This document shows, one piece after another, positions 10,875 to 20,801 of a stretch of DNA of 64,000 bases. The translations under genes were made by a program, and so were the position numbers. Each line of letters opens with the position of its first letter. The stretch's first letter is position 1. The notes under the pieces are model-generated. The model worked only from the letters and a program-made list of their open reading frames with translations, searched no databases and was not told the DNA's origin. Origin of the DNA: Comamonas sp. (GTDB lineage: Bacteria; Pseudomonadota; Gammaproteobacteria; Burkholderiales; Burkholderiaceae_C); the NCBI GenBank assembly GCA_040514115.1, contig JBEVDH010000044.1, positions 285 through 64,284 of the forward strand. Reading direction: 5' to 3'.

Positions 10875-11408
10875 ATGCCGCATCTCTCCCGCAAAGCACT
10901 TTTCACCCTGCGCCGCCGCGATTGGCTGGGCGCCGCCGCTGCGGCCACCGCTCTCACGGCCCTTCCCTGGAACAGCGTATTTTCCGCCGGCCCGTCCTCG
11001 GGACCGTCGGACTTCGTGCTGTTGAGCCAGCGATTGACGGGGCGAGCCACGCTCGATACCGCGATGGGCAAGCGCATCTATGACGCCTTGGTCACGGAAG
11101 ATGCCCGTTTTCCCGACCAGAGCCAGCAATTGCTGCACCTGATCGAGAGCCGCCGGCTCACGGACGACCAGCTCCTGAGCACGCTGTCGAGCGAAAAGCC
11201 CGCGTTGGCCCACTTGCCTGCGCAGATCATGACTGCCTGGTTCCTTGGCGTCGTCGGCAGCGGCATGCACGCGCGGGTGCTGGCGTTCGAGCATGCGCTC
11301 AATGCCCAGGCCGTCGCCGATCAGCTCAGGCCACCGACCTACGCCTACGGCGCTCCGGGCAGCTGGAGCCTGGCTCCCACCCCTCATCCTGAGGTTCACC
11401 ATGGCTGA
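10875..11408 (+). CDS. Small (gamma/hitch-hiker) subunit of a membrane-bound FAD sugar dehydrogenase
   Basis: ATG after AAGGAGG; Tat-like LRRRDWL signal; IMTAWFLGVVG...PPTYAYGAPGSW; overlaps the GMC gene. Confidence 0.8.
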   Translation: MPHLSRKALFTLRRRDWLGAAAAATALTALPWNSVFSAGPSSGPSDFVLLSQRLTGRATLDTAMGKRIYDALVTEDARFPDQSQQLLHLIESRRLTDDQLLSTLSSEKPALAHLPAQIMTAWFLGVVGSGMHARVLAFEHALNAQAVADQLRPPTYAYGAPGSWSLAPTPHPEVHHG

Positions 11409-13044
11409 AACAACTACGGCAGATTTCGTGGTGATAGGCTCGGGAATCGTCGGTGCCCTGCTTGCGCGCAAGCTGGCGCAGGCCGGGGCCTCGGTGCTGA
11501 TGCTTGAAGCCGGCCCCTGGGTCAGGCGCGCCGAGCTCGTCGCGCGCTTTCGTAACTCACCGCGTCGCAGCGACTGGATGTCGCCCTACCCGCCGGCGCC
11601 CTGGGCGCCGCACCCGGTCTACCAGCCCGAGGACAACGGCTATCTCGTGCAGGGCGGCCCCTATCCCTACAAGGCGGAATATATCCGCCAGGTCGGCGGC
11701 ACGAGCTGGCACTGGGCCGCGCATGCCTGGCGCAACCTGCCCAATGACTTCCACATCAAGTCGCTTTACGGCGTGGGCGTGGACTGGCCATTTGGCTACG
11801 AGGAGCTCGAGCCCTATTATCAGGAAGCCGAGGACATCATGGGCGTCTGCGGTTCGAGCGAAACCGGGTCCCCGCGCAGCCACCCCTTTCCCATGGAGCC
11901 AGTGGCCGAACCCTATGCAATGCGGCGCCTGCGCGAACGCCTGGCCGGCGTATACCCGGTGGTCGCCAACACGGTGGCGCGCAACAGCCGCAGCTATGGC
12001 GGGCGCCCGCCCTGCTGTGGCAACAACAGCTGCCAGCCCATCTGCCCCATCGACGCCCAATACCACGGCGGCCTGGCCGTCGATGCGGCGCTTGCCGCCG
12101 GCGCCAGGCTGCAGATCAATGCCAACGTGTTTAGGCTCGAGCATGACGCTTCGGCGCGCATCGTCGCCGCGCATTACTACGACAAGGACAAGCAGGCTCA
12201 CAAGGTCAGGGGCAAGACCTTCATCGTCGCCGCCAATGGCATCGAAACGCCCCGCCTGCTGCTTCTGTCCCAAAGCGACAAATTTCCGCATGGCGTGGCC
12301 AACGCGCGCGACATGGTCGGCCGCCATCTGATGGACCACCCCAGCACCTCGCTGACTTTCGACGCCGACGAGGATGTGTGGCTAGGCCGCGGCCCGCAAA
12401 GCCCGAGTTCGATCAACACCATGCGCGATGGTGCGTTCCGATCGACGCATGCGCCCTACAGGCTGGACTTCACCAACATCTCGCGCGTCGACGGGGCCAC
12501 CCGCTCCTTGCTTGGCGAAGGCGTCTACGGCGTGCAATTCGAGCGCCGGCTGCGCCACGCTGCGGCGCGTGAAATGAATGTCAAGAACGTGCTCGAAGTG
12601 CTGCCCGACCCACAGCGGCGCATTGTGCTCAGCGACCAGAAGGATGGGCTGGGCCTGCCCAAGCCCATGACCCATTACTCCATCGACGCCTACACCCGGG
12701 CCGGGCACGAGCGCTCCAAGGCCGACTTCCAGCGCATCGCCGAGCGGATGGGCGGCACCAACCTGCGTCCCAGCAAGGAAGGCGATTACGCGAACAACCA
12801 GCATATCTGCGGCACTGTGAGCATGGGCACGGACCCGGCGGTCTCGGTCTGCGATGGCTGGGGCCGCACCCACGACCATGAGAATCTGTTTCTCGCGGGC
12901 ACGGGCCTGCTGCCGACCTCGTCGACCTGCAATTCCACGCTCAACGGCATTGCCGTGGCGCTGCGCAGCGGTGCCCACATCCTGTCCGACACGCCTGGCC
13001 ACTCCACGCCAGCGCACGACGCCCGGGCGGCGTCCAGGGGGTGA
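11401..13044 (+). CDS. GMC-family FAD dehydrogenase large subunit (glucose/sorbitol/ketogluconate dehydrogenase-like)
   Basis: ADFVVIGSGIVG Rossmann motif, VGGTSWHW, CCGNNSCQPICP Fe-S motif, VGRHLMDH. Confidence 0.88.
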   Translation: MAETTTADFVVIGSGIVGALLARKLAQAGASVLMLEAGPWVRRAELVARFRNSPRRSDWMSPYPPAPWAPHPVYQPEDNGYLVQGGPYPYKAEYIRQVGGTSWHWAAHAWRNLPNDFHIKSLYGVGVDWPFGYEELEPYYQEAEDIMGVCGSSETGSPRSHPFPMEPVAEPYAMRRLRERLAGVYPVVANTVARNSRSYGGRPPCCGNNSCQPICPIDAQYHGGLAVDAALAAGARLQINANVFRLEHDASARIVAAHYYDKDKQAHKVRGKTFIVAANGIETPRLLLLSQSDKFPHGVANARDMVGRHLMDHPSTSLTFDADEDVWLGRGPQSPSSINTMRDGAFRSTHAPYRLDFTNISRVDGATRSLLGEGVYGVQFERRLRHAAAREMNVKNVLEVLPDPQRRIVLSDQKDGLGLPKPMTHYSIDAYTRAGHERSKADFQRIAERMGGTNLRPSKEGDYANNQHICGTVSMGTDPAVSVCDGWGRTHDHENLFLAGTGLLPTSSTCNSTLNGIAVALRSGAHILSDTPGHSTPAHDARAASRG

Positions 13045-14627
13045 GCATGCGGGGCATTCCTGCTTTCATACCGTTCTGGGCCCCCTGGGCAGTGGCGCTG
13101 GGCCTGGTCCTGCCGGCCGCAGCCCAGCCCTCCGCCGCCGAGGCGCCCACCGGCCAGGCCGCCAACCCAACCGACAGCAAGGCCTCGACCACGGCCGATG
13201 CCGCGCCGCCGGACTCCAGCCCAGCCGAAGGGGCAAAGCCGGCCACGCCCGTCCCTGGGCCATCCGCGGCGGCCACGGCCCAGGCAGCGACGGCAAAGCC
13301 GGCATCGGAGATCTCCGCGGGCGCCCTTTCCAGCGACCCCATCGCGCGCGGGCGCTACCTGGCCACAGCCGGCGACTGCGTGGCCTGCCACACGACACCG
13401 GGCGGCGTCGAGATGGCCGGCGGACTGGCGCTGGCCAGCCCGCTGGGCCAGATCTATGCGACCAACATCACGCCTTCCAAGACCTTTGGCATAGGCAACT
13501 ACACACTGCAGCAATTCAGTGACGCGCTGCGCCATGGCAAGCGGGCCGACGGAGCCCATCTCTATCCCGCGATGCCTTATACCGCCTACGCCAAGACCTC
13601 GGACGCGGACATTGCCGACATGTACGCCTACTTCATGCAGGGTGTGCGCCCCGTCGATCGCTCCGCGCCCGCGACCCGGCTGCCGTTTCCGTTCAACATC
13701 CGGCTGTCGATGGCGGTCTGGAATGCGTTGTTCCATGACGCACAGCCGTACCAGCCAAACGCCCAGCAGCCGCCCGAATGGAACCGGGGCGCCTATCTGG
13801 TGCAAGGCCTGACGCACTGCAGCACCTGCCATACGCCACGCAATGCCCTGATGGCCGAAATCGGCAAGTACTCATTGGGCGGTAGCGAAGTGGCCGGCTG
13901 GTACGCGCCCAACATCACCTCCGACCCGCAGGACGGCATTGGCCAATGGAGCGCGGACGAACTCGTCGTTTACCTGCGCGAGGGCCTGGCGCCCGGCAAG
14001 GGCAGCAGCGGCGGACCGATGGCCGAAGCCATAGACCACAGCCTGCGCCACCTGAGCGAAGCCGATCTGCGCGCCATCGTGCGCTACCTGCAGGCGGTGC
14101 CACCGATTTCCGAAGGCTCGAGCCAGCCCACGTTCTCCTGGGGCAAGGCCGGGGACCAGCTTGCCAGCATCCGTGGCAAGGCCCTGCCGCGTGACATGAA
14201 CGCCATGACCGGTGCCCAGCTCTACGATGCCTACTGTGCGAGCTGCCACCAGGCGCAGGGCCAGGGAAGCACGGACAACAGGCTGCCCGCGTTGTTCCAC
14301 AACACCACGCTGGGGCACGCCAATACCAACAATCTGGTGCTGAGCATTCTCCAGGGCGTGCCGCGCCACGGGCGCGACAGCATCATGCCCGCCTTCGCGC
14401 ATGAACTCAGCGACGAGCAGGTGACCACGCTGAGCAACTACCTGCTGCAGAACTATGGCCGCCCCGATGCCAAGGTCAGCATCGACCAGGTCCAGCATCT
14501 GCGCAACGGTACGGCCGACAGCCCGCTGATCATGGTTGCGCGCCTCGCCATGACCGGGGGAGCGCTGCTGTTTCTGGTACTTGTCGTCTGGCTGTTGCGA
14601 CGCAGGCGCCGCAGCCACCCTGGCTGA
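13041..14627 (+). CDS. Triheme cytochrome c subunit
   Basis: Three CxxCH motifs (CVACH, CSTCH, CASCH), signal peptide, C-terminal TM helix. Confidence 0.9.
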   Translation: MSMRGIPAFIPFWAPWAVALGLVLPAAAQPSAAEAPTGQAANPTDSKASTTADAAPPDSSPAEGAKPATPVPGPSAAATAQAATAKPASEISAGALSSDPIARGRYLATAGDCVACHTTPGGVEMAGGLALASPLGQIYATNITPSKTFGIGNYTLQQFSDALRHGKRADGAHLYPAMPYTAYAKTSDADIADMYAYFMQGVRPVDRSAPATRLPFPFNIRLSMAVWNALFHDAQPYQPNAQQPPEWNRGAYLVQGLTHCSTCHTPRNALMAEIGKYSLGGSEVAGWYAPNITSDPQDGIGQWSADELVVYLREGLAPGKGSSGGPMAEAIDHSLRHLSEADLRAIVRYLQAVPPISEGSSQPTFSWGKAGDQLASIRGKALPRDMNAMTGAQLYDAYCASCHQAQGQGSTDNRLPALFHNTTLGHANTNNLVLSILQGVPRHGRDSIMPAFAHELSDEQVTTLSNYLLQNYGRPDAKVSIDQVQHLRNGTADSPLIMVARLAMTGGALLFLVLVVWLLRRRRRSHPG

Positions 14628-14863
14628 AACGCCGCGGCGGTCCGCGCCCTGCCCGCCGCCCCAGCGCCGGAGCAGAAGCGAAACGATGCGCTTTCACCCC
14701 GCGCCCACGGACATCGCAGGCCCACCGTCAAAAGCACCCGGATCTGATGCATTGGCGAGCCGCCGCTGCAGTAGACTTCGAGAGCGACTCCCATGGCGAA
14801 GGCACGCCGCGCAGTGCCGGGCCTTTTGCGGAGCACAATATTTATTCTGCGGAGGAGATACGA

Positions 14864-15829
14864 ATGAAATTCCTGTCTTTGGCGCCCCTGGGCGCGCTAG
14901 CACTGGCCGTGGCATCGATGAGTTCCGTGCATGCCCAGCAGAAGTCGGTGGCTGTGATGGCCATCGTCGAACACCCTGCGCTCGACGCGGTGCGCGACGG
15001 CGTGCAGGCCGCGCTCAAGGAAGCGGGCTTCGAGACCGGCAAGAACCTCAAGTGGCAGTACCAGAGCGCCCAGGGCAACACCGGTACCGCGGCGCAGATC
15101 GCGCGCAAGTTCATTGGCGACAAGCCCGACGCGATCGTCGCCATCGCCACACCCTCGGCGCAGGCCGTGGTGGCCGCGACCAAGGCCGTGCCGGTCGTGT
15201 TTTCCGCCGTGACCGACCCCGTGGCCGCCAAGCTGCTGGCCAGCTGGGAGCCGGGCAAGGGCAATGTGACCGGCGTGTCCGACCTGCTGGCGCTCGACAA
15301 GCAGATGCAGCTGGTCAGGCAGGTGGTGCCCAACGCCAAGCGCGTGGGCATCGTCTACAACCCGGGTGAAGCCAACTCGATGGTCGTGGTCAAGCAGTTG
15401 CAAAAGCTCCTGCCGACGCTGGGCCTGACGCTGGTCGAAGCCGCGGCGCCGCGCTCGGTCGACGTCAGCAGCGCCGCGCGCGGCCTGGTCGGCAAGGTCG
15501 ATGTGATCTATACCAATACCGACAACAACGTGGTCTCGGCCTACGAGGCGCTGGTCAAGGTCGGGCAGGACGCCAAGATTCCGCTGGTGGCCTCCGACAC
15601 CGACTCCGTCAAGCGCGGCGCGGTGGCCGCCTACGGCATCAACTACCGCGACCTGGGCGAGCAGACCGGCCGCATGGTCGCGCGCATCCTCAAGGGCGAA
15701 AAGCCCGGCGACATCAAGCCCGAGATCAGCACCAAGATCGAGCTGTTTGTGAACCCGGGTGCGGCTGCGAAGCAGGGCGTGAAGCTGCCCGACGCACTGC
15801 TCAAGGCGGCAGCGCAAGTGGTCGAGTGA
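14864..15829 (+). CDS. ABC transporter substrate-binding protein (putative aromatic amino acid type)
   Basis: Signal peptide; IVEHPALDAVRDG, AIATPSAQA, FSAVTDPV; ATG after GGAGG. Confidence 0.85.
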   Translation: MKFLSLAPLGALALAVASMSSVHAQQKSVAVMAIVEHPALDAVRDGVQAALKEAGFETGKNLKWQYQSAQGNTGTAAQIARKFIGDKPDAIVAIATPSAQAVVAATKAVPVVFSAVTDPVAAKLLASWEPGKGNVTGVSDLLALDKQMQLVRQVVPNAKRVGIVYNPGEANSMVVVKQLQKLLPTLGLTLVEAAAPRSVDVSSAARGLVGKVDVIYTNTDNNVVSAYEALVKVGQDAKIPLVASDTDSVKRGAVAAYGINYRDLGEQTGRMVARILKGEKPGDIKPEISTKIELFVNPGAAAKQGVKLPDALLKAAAQVVE

Positions 15830-15940
15830 TACCCCGGCCGGGCATGGGCCCGGCACTGGCGACCCCGTGGCAGGTACCGTACGATGTGCGGACCTGCCAT
15901 TGGCATTTTTCACCCCGCTGCGCTGCGCACCGCACTTCCC

Positions 15941-16831
15941 ATGTCAATGTTTTCCTTCCTTGGCGCCATCGAGATCGGCCTGATCTTCAGCCTGGTGGCG
16001 CTGGGCGTGTATATCTCGTTTCGGCTGCTGCGCTTTCCCGACCTCACGGTGGACGGCAGCTTTCCGCTGGGCGGCGCGGTCTGCGCGATCCTGATCTCCA
16101 CCGGCACCAATCCCTGGCTCGCAACGCTTGCGGCGACGGCCGCCGGCGCGGCCGCGGGCATGCTCACGGGCTGGCTCAATGTCAAGCTCAAGATCATGGA
16201 CCTGCTGGCCTCGATCCTGATGATGATCGCGCTGTACTCGGTCAACCTGCGCATCATGGGCGGCCCCAACGTGCCGCTGATCAATGACGCGACGCTGTTC
16301 ACGCTGCTGCAGCCGGATGGCATGCCCGACCACGTCGCGCGCCCGCTGATCCTGGCGGTGATCGTGCTGCTGGCCAAGCTGGCGCTGGACTGGTTCTTCT
16401 CGACCGAGCGGGGCCTCGCGATCCGCGCCACCGGCTCGAACGCGCGCATGGCACGGGCCCAGGGCGTGAACACCGGTGCCATGATTCTGCTGGGCATGGC
16501 GGTGTCGAATGGCCTGGTCGGCCTGGGCGGCGCGCTGTTCGTGCAGACCCAGGGCGGCGCGGACATTTCCATGGGCATCGGCACCATCGTCATCGGCCTG
16601 GCGGCCGTGATCGTCGGCGAGAGCCTGCTGCCCTCGCGGCGCCTGGTCTATGCGACGCTGGCCGTGGTGCTTGGCGCCGTGGTCTACCGCTTCTTCATTG
16701 CGGCCGCGCTCAACAGCGACTTCATCGGGCTCAAGGCACAGGACCTGAATCTGGTCACGGCCGTGCTGGTGACGGTCGCGCTGGTCATCCCGCAGCTCAA
16801 GAACAAGCTCTCCAGGCGCAAGCCGCGATAA
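15941..16831 (+). CDS. ABC transporter permease
   Basis: Hydrophobic; FPDLTVDGSFPLGG and GLAIRATGSN. Confidence 0.88.
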   Translation: MSMFSFLGAIEIGLIFSLVALGVYISFRLLRFPDLTVDGSFPLGGAVCAILISTGTNPWLATLAATAAGAAAGMLTGWLNVKLKIMDLLASILMMIALYSVNLRIMGGPNVPLINDATLFTLLQPDGMPDHVARPLILAVIVLLAKLALDWFFSTERGLAIRATGSNARMARAQGVNTGAMILLGMAVSNGLVGLGGALFVQTQGGADISMGIGTIVIGLAAVIVGESLLPSRRLVYATLAVVLGAVVYRFFIAAALNSDFIGLKAQDLNLVTAVLVTVALVIPQLKNKLSRRKPR

Positions 16832-16847
16832 GCCGGCCGGAGTTTCC

Positions 16848-17642
16848 ATGCTGAGTGCAAAAGACATCTTCCTGACCTTCAATCCGGACACACCGATCGA
16901 GACCCGCGCGCTGCGCGGCCTGTCGCTCGAGATCCCGGCAGGCCAGTTCGTCACGGTGATCGGCTCCAACGGCGCGGGCAAGTCCACCTTCCTCAACGCC
17001 GTGTCGGGCGACCAGCGCGTGGACAGCGGCGCGATCGTCATCGACGGTCAGGATGTGACCGCCCTGCCCGTCTGGGCGCGCGCCGAGCGCGTGGCGCGTG
17101 TCTTCCAGGACCCGATGGCGGGCACCTGCGAAGATCTGACGATCGAGGAAAACATGGCGCTGGCCCAGCGCCGCGGCGCGCCGTGCCGGCTTTCACGCGC
17201 GGTGCAGCCCTCGATGCGCGCAGCGCTCCAGGAGCGCCTGGCCACGCTCGGGCTGGGGCTGGAAAACCGCCTGTCCGACCGCATCGGCCTGCTCTCGGGC
17301 GGCCAGCGCCAGGCCGTGAGCCTGCTGATGGCGGCGCTGCAGCCCTCGCGCATCCTGCTGCTCGACGAACACACGGCAGCGCTCGACCCGCGCACGGCCG
17401 ACTTCGTGCTGCAGCTCACCGCCCGCATCGTCACCGAGGCCCGCCTGACCACGATGATGGTCACCCACAGCATGCGCCAGGCGCTGGACGTCGGCGACCG
17501 CACCGTCATGCTGCACCAGGGCCAGGTCGTGCTCGATGTCAGTGGCGAGGAACGCAAGCGGCTCGATGTGCCAGACCTGCTGAAGATGTTCGAGAAGGTA
17601 CGGGGAGAGAAGCTTTCGGACGATGCGTTGCTGTTGGGGTAA
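16848..17642 (+). CDS. ABC transporter ATP-binding protein
   Basis: GSNGAGKST, LSGGQRQ, LLLDEHT. Confidence 0.93.
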   Translation: MLSAKDIFLTFNPDTPIETRALRGLSLEIPAGQFVTVIGSNGAGKSTFLNAVSGDQRVDSGAIVIDGQDVTALPVWARAERVARVFQDPMAGTCEDLTIEENMALAQRRGAPCRLSRAVQPSMRAALQERLATLGLGLENRLSDRIGLLSGGQRQAVSLLMAALQPSRILLLDEHTAALDPRTADFVLQLTARIVTEARLTTMMVTHSMRQALDVGDRTVMLHQGQVVLDVSGEERKRLDVPDLLKMFEKVRGEKLSDDALLLG

Positions 17643-17690
17643 GGGGGCTCGATACGCGCGCAACCTACTCTGGCCTGCGGAGCCAGTCGA

Positions 17691-17886
17691 CCCTTCGGCA
17701 GGCTCAAGGCTTAGGACTCAGGATCAGGACGCCCGGTTTCCCCCGTTCGTGGTGATCCTGAGCTTGTCGAAGGATCGAACCATGAACGGGCTGCTCACGA
17801 GAAAAGTACCTCCCCTTCGCCCCCTCGACAGACTCAGCCCTCAGGACCCACCGTCCCCCCGTTCGTGGTGAGCTTGTCGAACCATG
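17691..17886. repeat. REP-like hairpin repeat cluster B (simple and nested units)
   Basis: Nested unit at 17743-17784, simple unit CCGTTCGTGGTGAGCTTGTCGAACCATG at 17859-17886, degenerate opposite-orientation units near 17691 and 17813. Confidence 0.8.
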
Positions 17887-18064
17887 CACGCCTCCCCCCT
17901 GGCTGGGCTTCGATATCCATCCTTCGCAAGCCTTGAGATTTTGCCCGTGGCCGCACCACATCAGTGCAAATCCCGCACAATGCCGCTTTTCCAGGCCGCG
18001 CAAGTAGCGGCCTTTTGCGTTGCTGCCTGAGGACAGAACGCATCGGACCACAGGAATCTCACCG

Positions 18065-19552
18065 ATGAGCGAACACCCTTCCCCCAGCACCGCCCCACCC
18101 GAACCCGGCCTGCGCCGCAGCCTCAAGGCGCGCCACCTGTCGATGATTGCCATTGGCGGCTCGATCGGCACCGGCCTGTTCGTGGCCTCGGGCGCGACGA
18201 TCTCGCAGGCCGGCCCGGGCGGCGCGCTGCTGGCCTACATGGTGGTCGGGCTGATGGTCTATTTCCTCATGACGAGTCTTGGCGAGATGGCCGCGCACCT
18301 GCCGGTCTCGGGCTCGTTTGCCACCTATGGCGCGCGCTATGTCGATCCAGGCTTCGGCTTCGCGCTGGGCTGGAACTATTGGTACAACTGGGCGGTGACG
18401 ATCGCGGTGGACCTGGTTGCGGCGCAATTGGTCATGGCCTACTGGATACCCGATGTCAACGGTATGGTCTGGAGCGCGCTGTTCCTTGCCATCATGTTCG
18501 GCTTGAACGCGATCTCGGTGAAGGGCTTTGGCGAAGCCGAGTACTGGTTCGCCGCGATCAAGGTGGTGACGGTGATCATCTTCATCGGGCTGGGCCTGTT
18601 GATGGTGCTGGGTATCTTGCAGGGCGGCGCGCCCGAGGGCCTGTGGGGCAATCTCGCGAACTGGACCGTGGGCGATGCGCCCTTTGCGGGCGGCTTCGCG
18701 GCGCTGATCGGCGTGGCGATGATCGTCGGCTTCTCCTTCCAGGGCACCGAGCTGATCGGCATTGCCGCCGGTGAGTCCGAGGACCCGGCGCGCAACGTGC
18801 CGCGCGCGGTGCGCAAGGTGTTCTGGCGCATCCTGCTGTTCTACGTGTTTGCCATCCTGATCATCAGCCTGCTGCTGCCCTACAACGACCCGCAACTGCT
18901 GCGCAACGATGTCAGCGACATCAGCGTCAGCCCGTTCACGCTGGTGTTCGAGCGCGCCGGCCTGCTGTCGGCCGCGGCCATCATGAACGCCGTGGTGCTG
19001 ACCTCGGTACTGTCGGCGGGCAACTCGGGCATGTATGCCTCGACGCGCATGCTCTATACGCTGGCCTGCCAGCACATGGCGCCGCGCATTTTCGCACGCG
19101 TGAATCGCCATGGCGTGCCGATGCTTGCGCTGCTGGCCACGACGACCGTTGCCGGGCTGTGCTTTCTCACCAACATCTTCAGCCCCCAGGCGGTCTATAT
19201 CTGGCTGCTGAACCTGTCCGGCATGACCGGCTTCATTGCCTGGCTGGGCATTGCCATCAGCCACTACCGCTTTCGCAAAGGCTATGAAGCCCAGGGCCTG
19301 AGCCTCGCAGCCCTGCCCTACCGCGCCGCAGCATTCCCGTTCGGCCCCATCTTCGCGTTCGTGCTGTGCCTGGTCATCACGCTGGGCCAGAACTACCAGG
19401 CGTTCATTCAGGACCGCGTCGACTGGGGCGGCGTGGTCGCGACCTACATCGGGCTGCCGCTGTTCCTGCTGATCTGGGGGGGCTACCGACTCGTCAAGGG
19501 TTCGCGCATCGTTGCCTACAGTGAAATGAAGGTCAAGGCCGAACCGTATTGA
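18065..19552 (+). CDS. lysP: APC-family amino acid permease, lysine-specific permease-like
   Basis: LKARHLSMIAIGGSIGTGLFVASG, GFSFQGTELIG, GNSGMYASTR. Confidence 0.88.
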   Translation: MSEHPSPSTAPPEPGLRRSLKARHLSMIAIGGSIGTGLFVASGATISQAGPGGALLAYMVVGLMVYFLMTSLGEMAAHLPVSGSFATYGARYVDPGFGFALGWNYWYNWAVTIAVDLVAAQLVMAYWIPDVNGMVWSALFLAIMFGLNAISVKGFGEAEYWFAAIKVVTVIIFIGLGLLMVLGILQGGAPEGLWGNLANWTVGDAPFAGGFAALIGVAMIVGFSFQGTELIGIAAGESEDPARNVPRAVRKVFWRILLFYVFAILIISLLLPYNDPQLLRNDVSDISVSPFTLVFERAGLLSAAAIMNAVVLTSVLSAGNSGMYASTRMLYTLACQHMAPRIFARVNRHGVPMLALLATTTVAGLCFLTNIFSPQAVYIWLLNLSGMTGFIAWLGIAISHYRFRKGYEAQGLSLAALPYRAAAFPFGPIFAFVLCLVITLGQNYQAFIQDRVDWGGVVATYIGLPLFLLIWGGYRLVKGSRIVAYSEMKVKAEPY

Positions 19553-19575
19553 GCGCATTCGGTTCAGCCTGCTGG

Positions 19576-19607
19576 AGCCAGTACCGATGAGGTGCTGGCT
19601 TTTTTTT
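19576..19607 (+). terminator. Rho-independent terminator after lysP
   Basis: AGCCAGTACC-GATGA-GGTGCTGGCT followed by T7. Confidence 0.8.
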
Positions 19608-19966
19608 GGCTAGCGTGTGCATGCGCGCGCCGCAATCCGAGGAGAGGCACTCGGTACAAGCGGGAGATCGGCGCATGCGCCCTCCTTCAGCGGCATAAAG
19701 CATGGATTCGGCGCTATGCGGCATTCCGGCTCAATGGCGATTCCCGCAAAAGGATCCAGCACAGGCCGCGCCGAGTCCAGGCAATGGAACAACTCCAGCT
19801 TCGTGTCCCGTTCCATGCTGAGCCGGACGCGCTGCTCCATGGCCCGCAAAGTGTGCGAAAAACATTTCGTCCCAAACAGACACAAAAACAGGAAAAAGCA
19901 TCCGCGACGCCATCCCGGAATTTTTCTAGACTATTTCCAAGCGAAGCTTTTTCCCAAGGAGATGTC

Positions 19967-20743
19967 ATGTCATACCCCGAATTGAAAATCGAGGAACAAT
20001 CAGACAAGCTGCATGAAACCATCACGCCTCGTGGTCTCATTGGCCTGATGCGATACGACCCACATTCACCTCGCTGTTTTGAGGGAATGAAATTGAACCT
20101 TCTGGAGGGTCTTCCAACAATCATAAGGCTTCATTCCGGAGCGAATTATCCAAACGAAACCCGCAGGGAACAAATAGACCTGGAGGGACAAGCAGTGCTG
20201 GTCGTTGGATATGACGACACCATACAGGCTTTCGCCATCGTAGACCCATTCCAAAGAACAGCTGAAAATGCCCCAGAAATAACCTGGATGCCCTATGAGC
20301 AACTCGCCACGACCATAGTCGATATATCACTGGGTGAGGATATCCCGCCCACCAACTTGAAGATAGACGTCATAAAAATGAAGGGCCAAGGACATCTTGA
20401 GATATCCATCGGTCTGCCGGAAATATACGGCACCATCACGGATTATGACCTCCTGACGCTGGAAGAAATCAGCCTGGATGTGAAAATAGATTGCAAAGAC
20501 AATTCATTGCTCACCCACCATGCCTTCAACGGGAAATATCCCCTGGGCACCAGTGCCAAAACGAAGGTATTTTTCCCAAAAAGCTTTGATGACCCGATGG
20601 ATGTTTCGATAAAAGTCGACAGCTTCATCCATGGCAGCCGGCCTTATGAATACCGGGATCGCATTGGCCTGGATTACACATGCACCTTCGTATCCGCGAA
20701 TCAGGAAACTGAAACAACCGAAATCGAACTTGGCAATGCATAA
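19967..20743 (+). CDS. Hypothetical protein with the C-terminal half of a C39-like/papain-fold domain plus a beta-rich C-terminal domain
   Basis: ATG after AAGGAG; 258 aa; MKLNLLEGLPTIIRL...EGQAVLVVGYDD...AIVDP...WMPYEQL matches the C39-like pattern with Gln at the His position. Confidence 0.72.
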   Translation: MSYPELKIEEQSDKLHETITPRGLIGLMRYDPHSPRCFEGMKLNLLEGLPTIIRLHSGANYPNETRREQIDLEGQAVLVVGYDDTIQAFAIVDPFQRTAENAPEITWMPYEQLATTIVDISLGEDIPPTNLKIDVIKMKGQGHLEISIGLPEIYGTITDYDLLTLEEISLDVKIDCKDNSLLTHHAFNGKYPLGTSAKTKVFFPKSFDDPMDVSIKVDSFIHGSRPYEYRDRIGLDYTCTFVSANQETETTEIELGNA

Positions 20744-20801
20744 GTCTACAGAATTCATCCTCAAAAGATCAATACGCTCTTAAGCGAAAAGGAGTCTGAC
20801 C

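Noticed and set aside
17887-18064. Lysine riboswitch upstream of lysP
   Set aside because: No recognisable aptamer motifs in about 180 bp; the region further upstream is occupied by repeats.
19592-19966. Longer start for islet gene 1, or a hidden precursor-peptide ORF upstream
   Set aside because: The extension starts inside the lysP terminator and a strong RBS precedes the ATG at 19967. No short ORF with a convincing RBS or double-glycine leader was seen, although this is not excluded.
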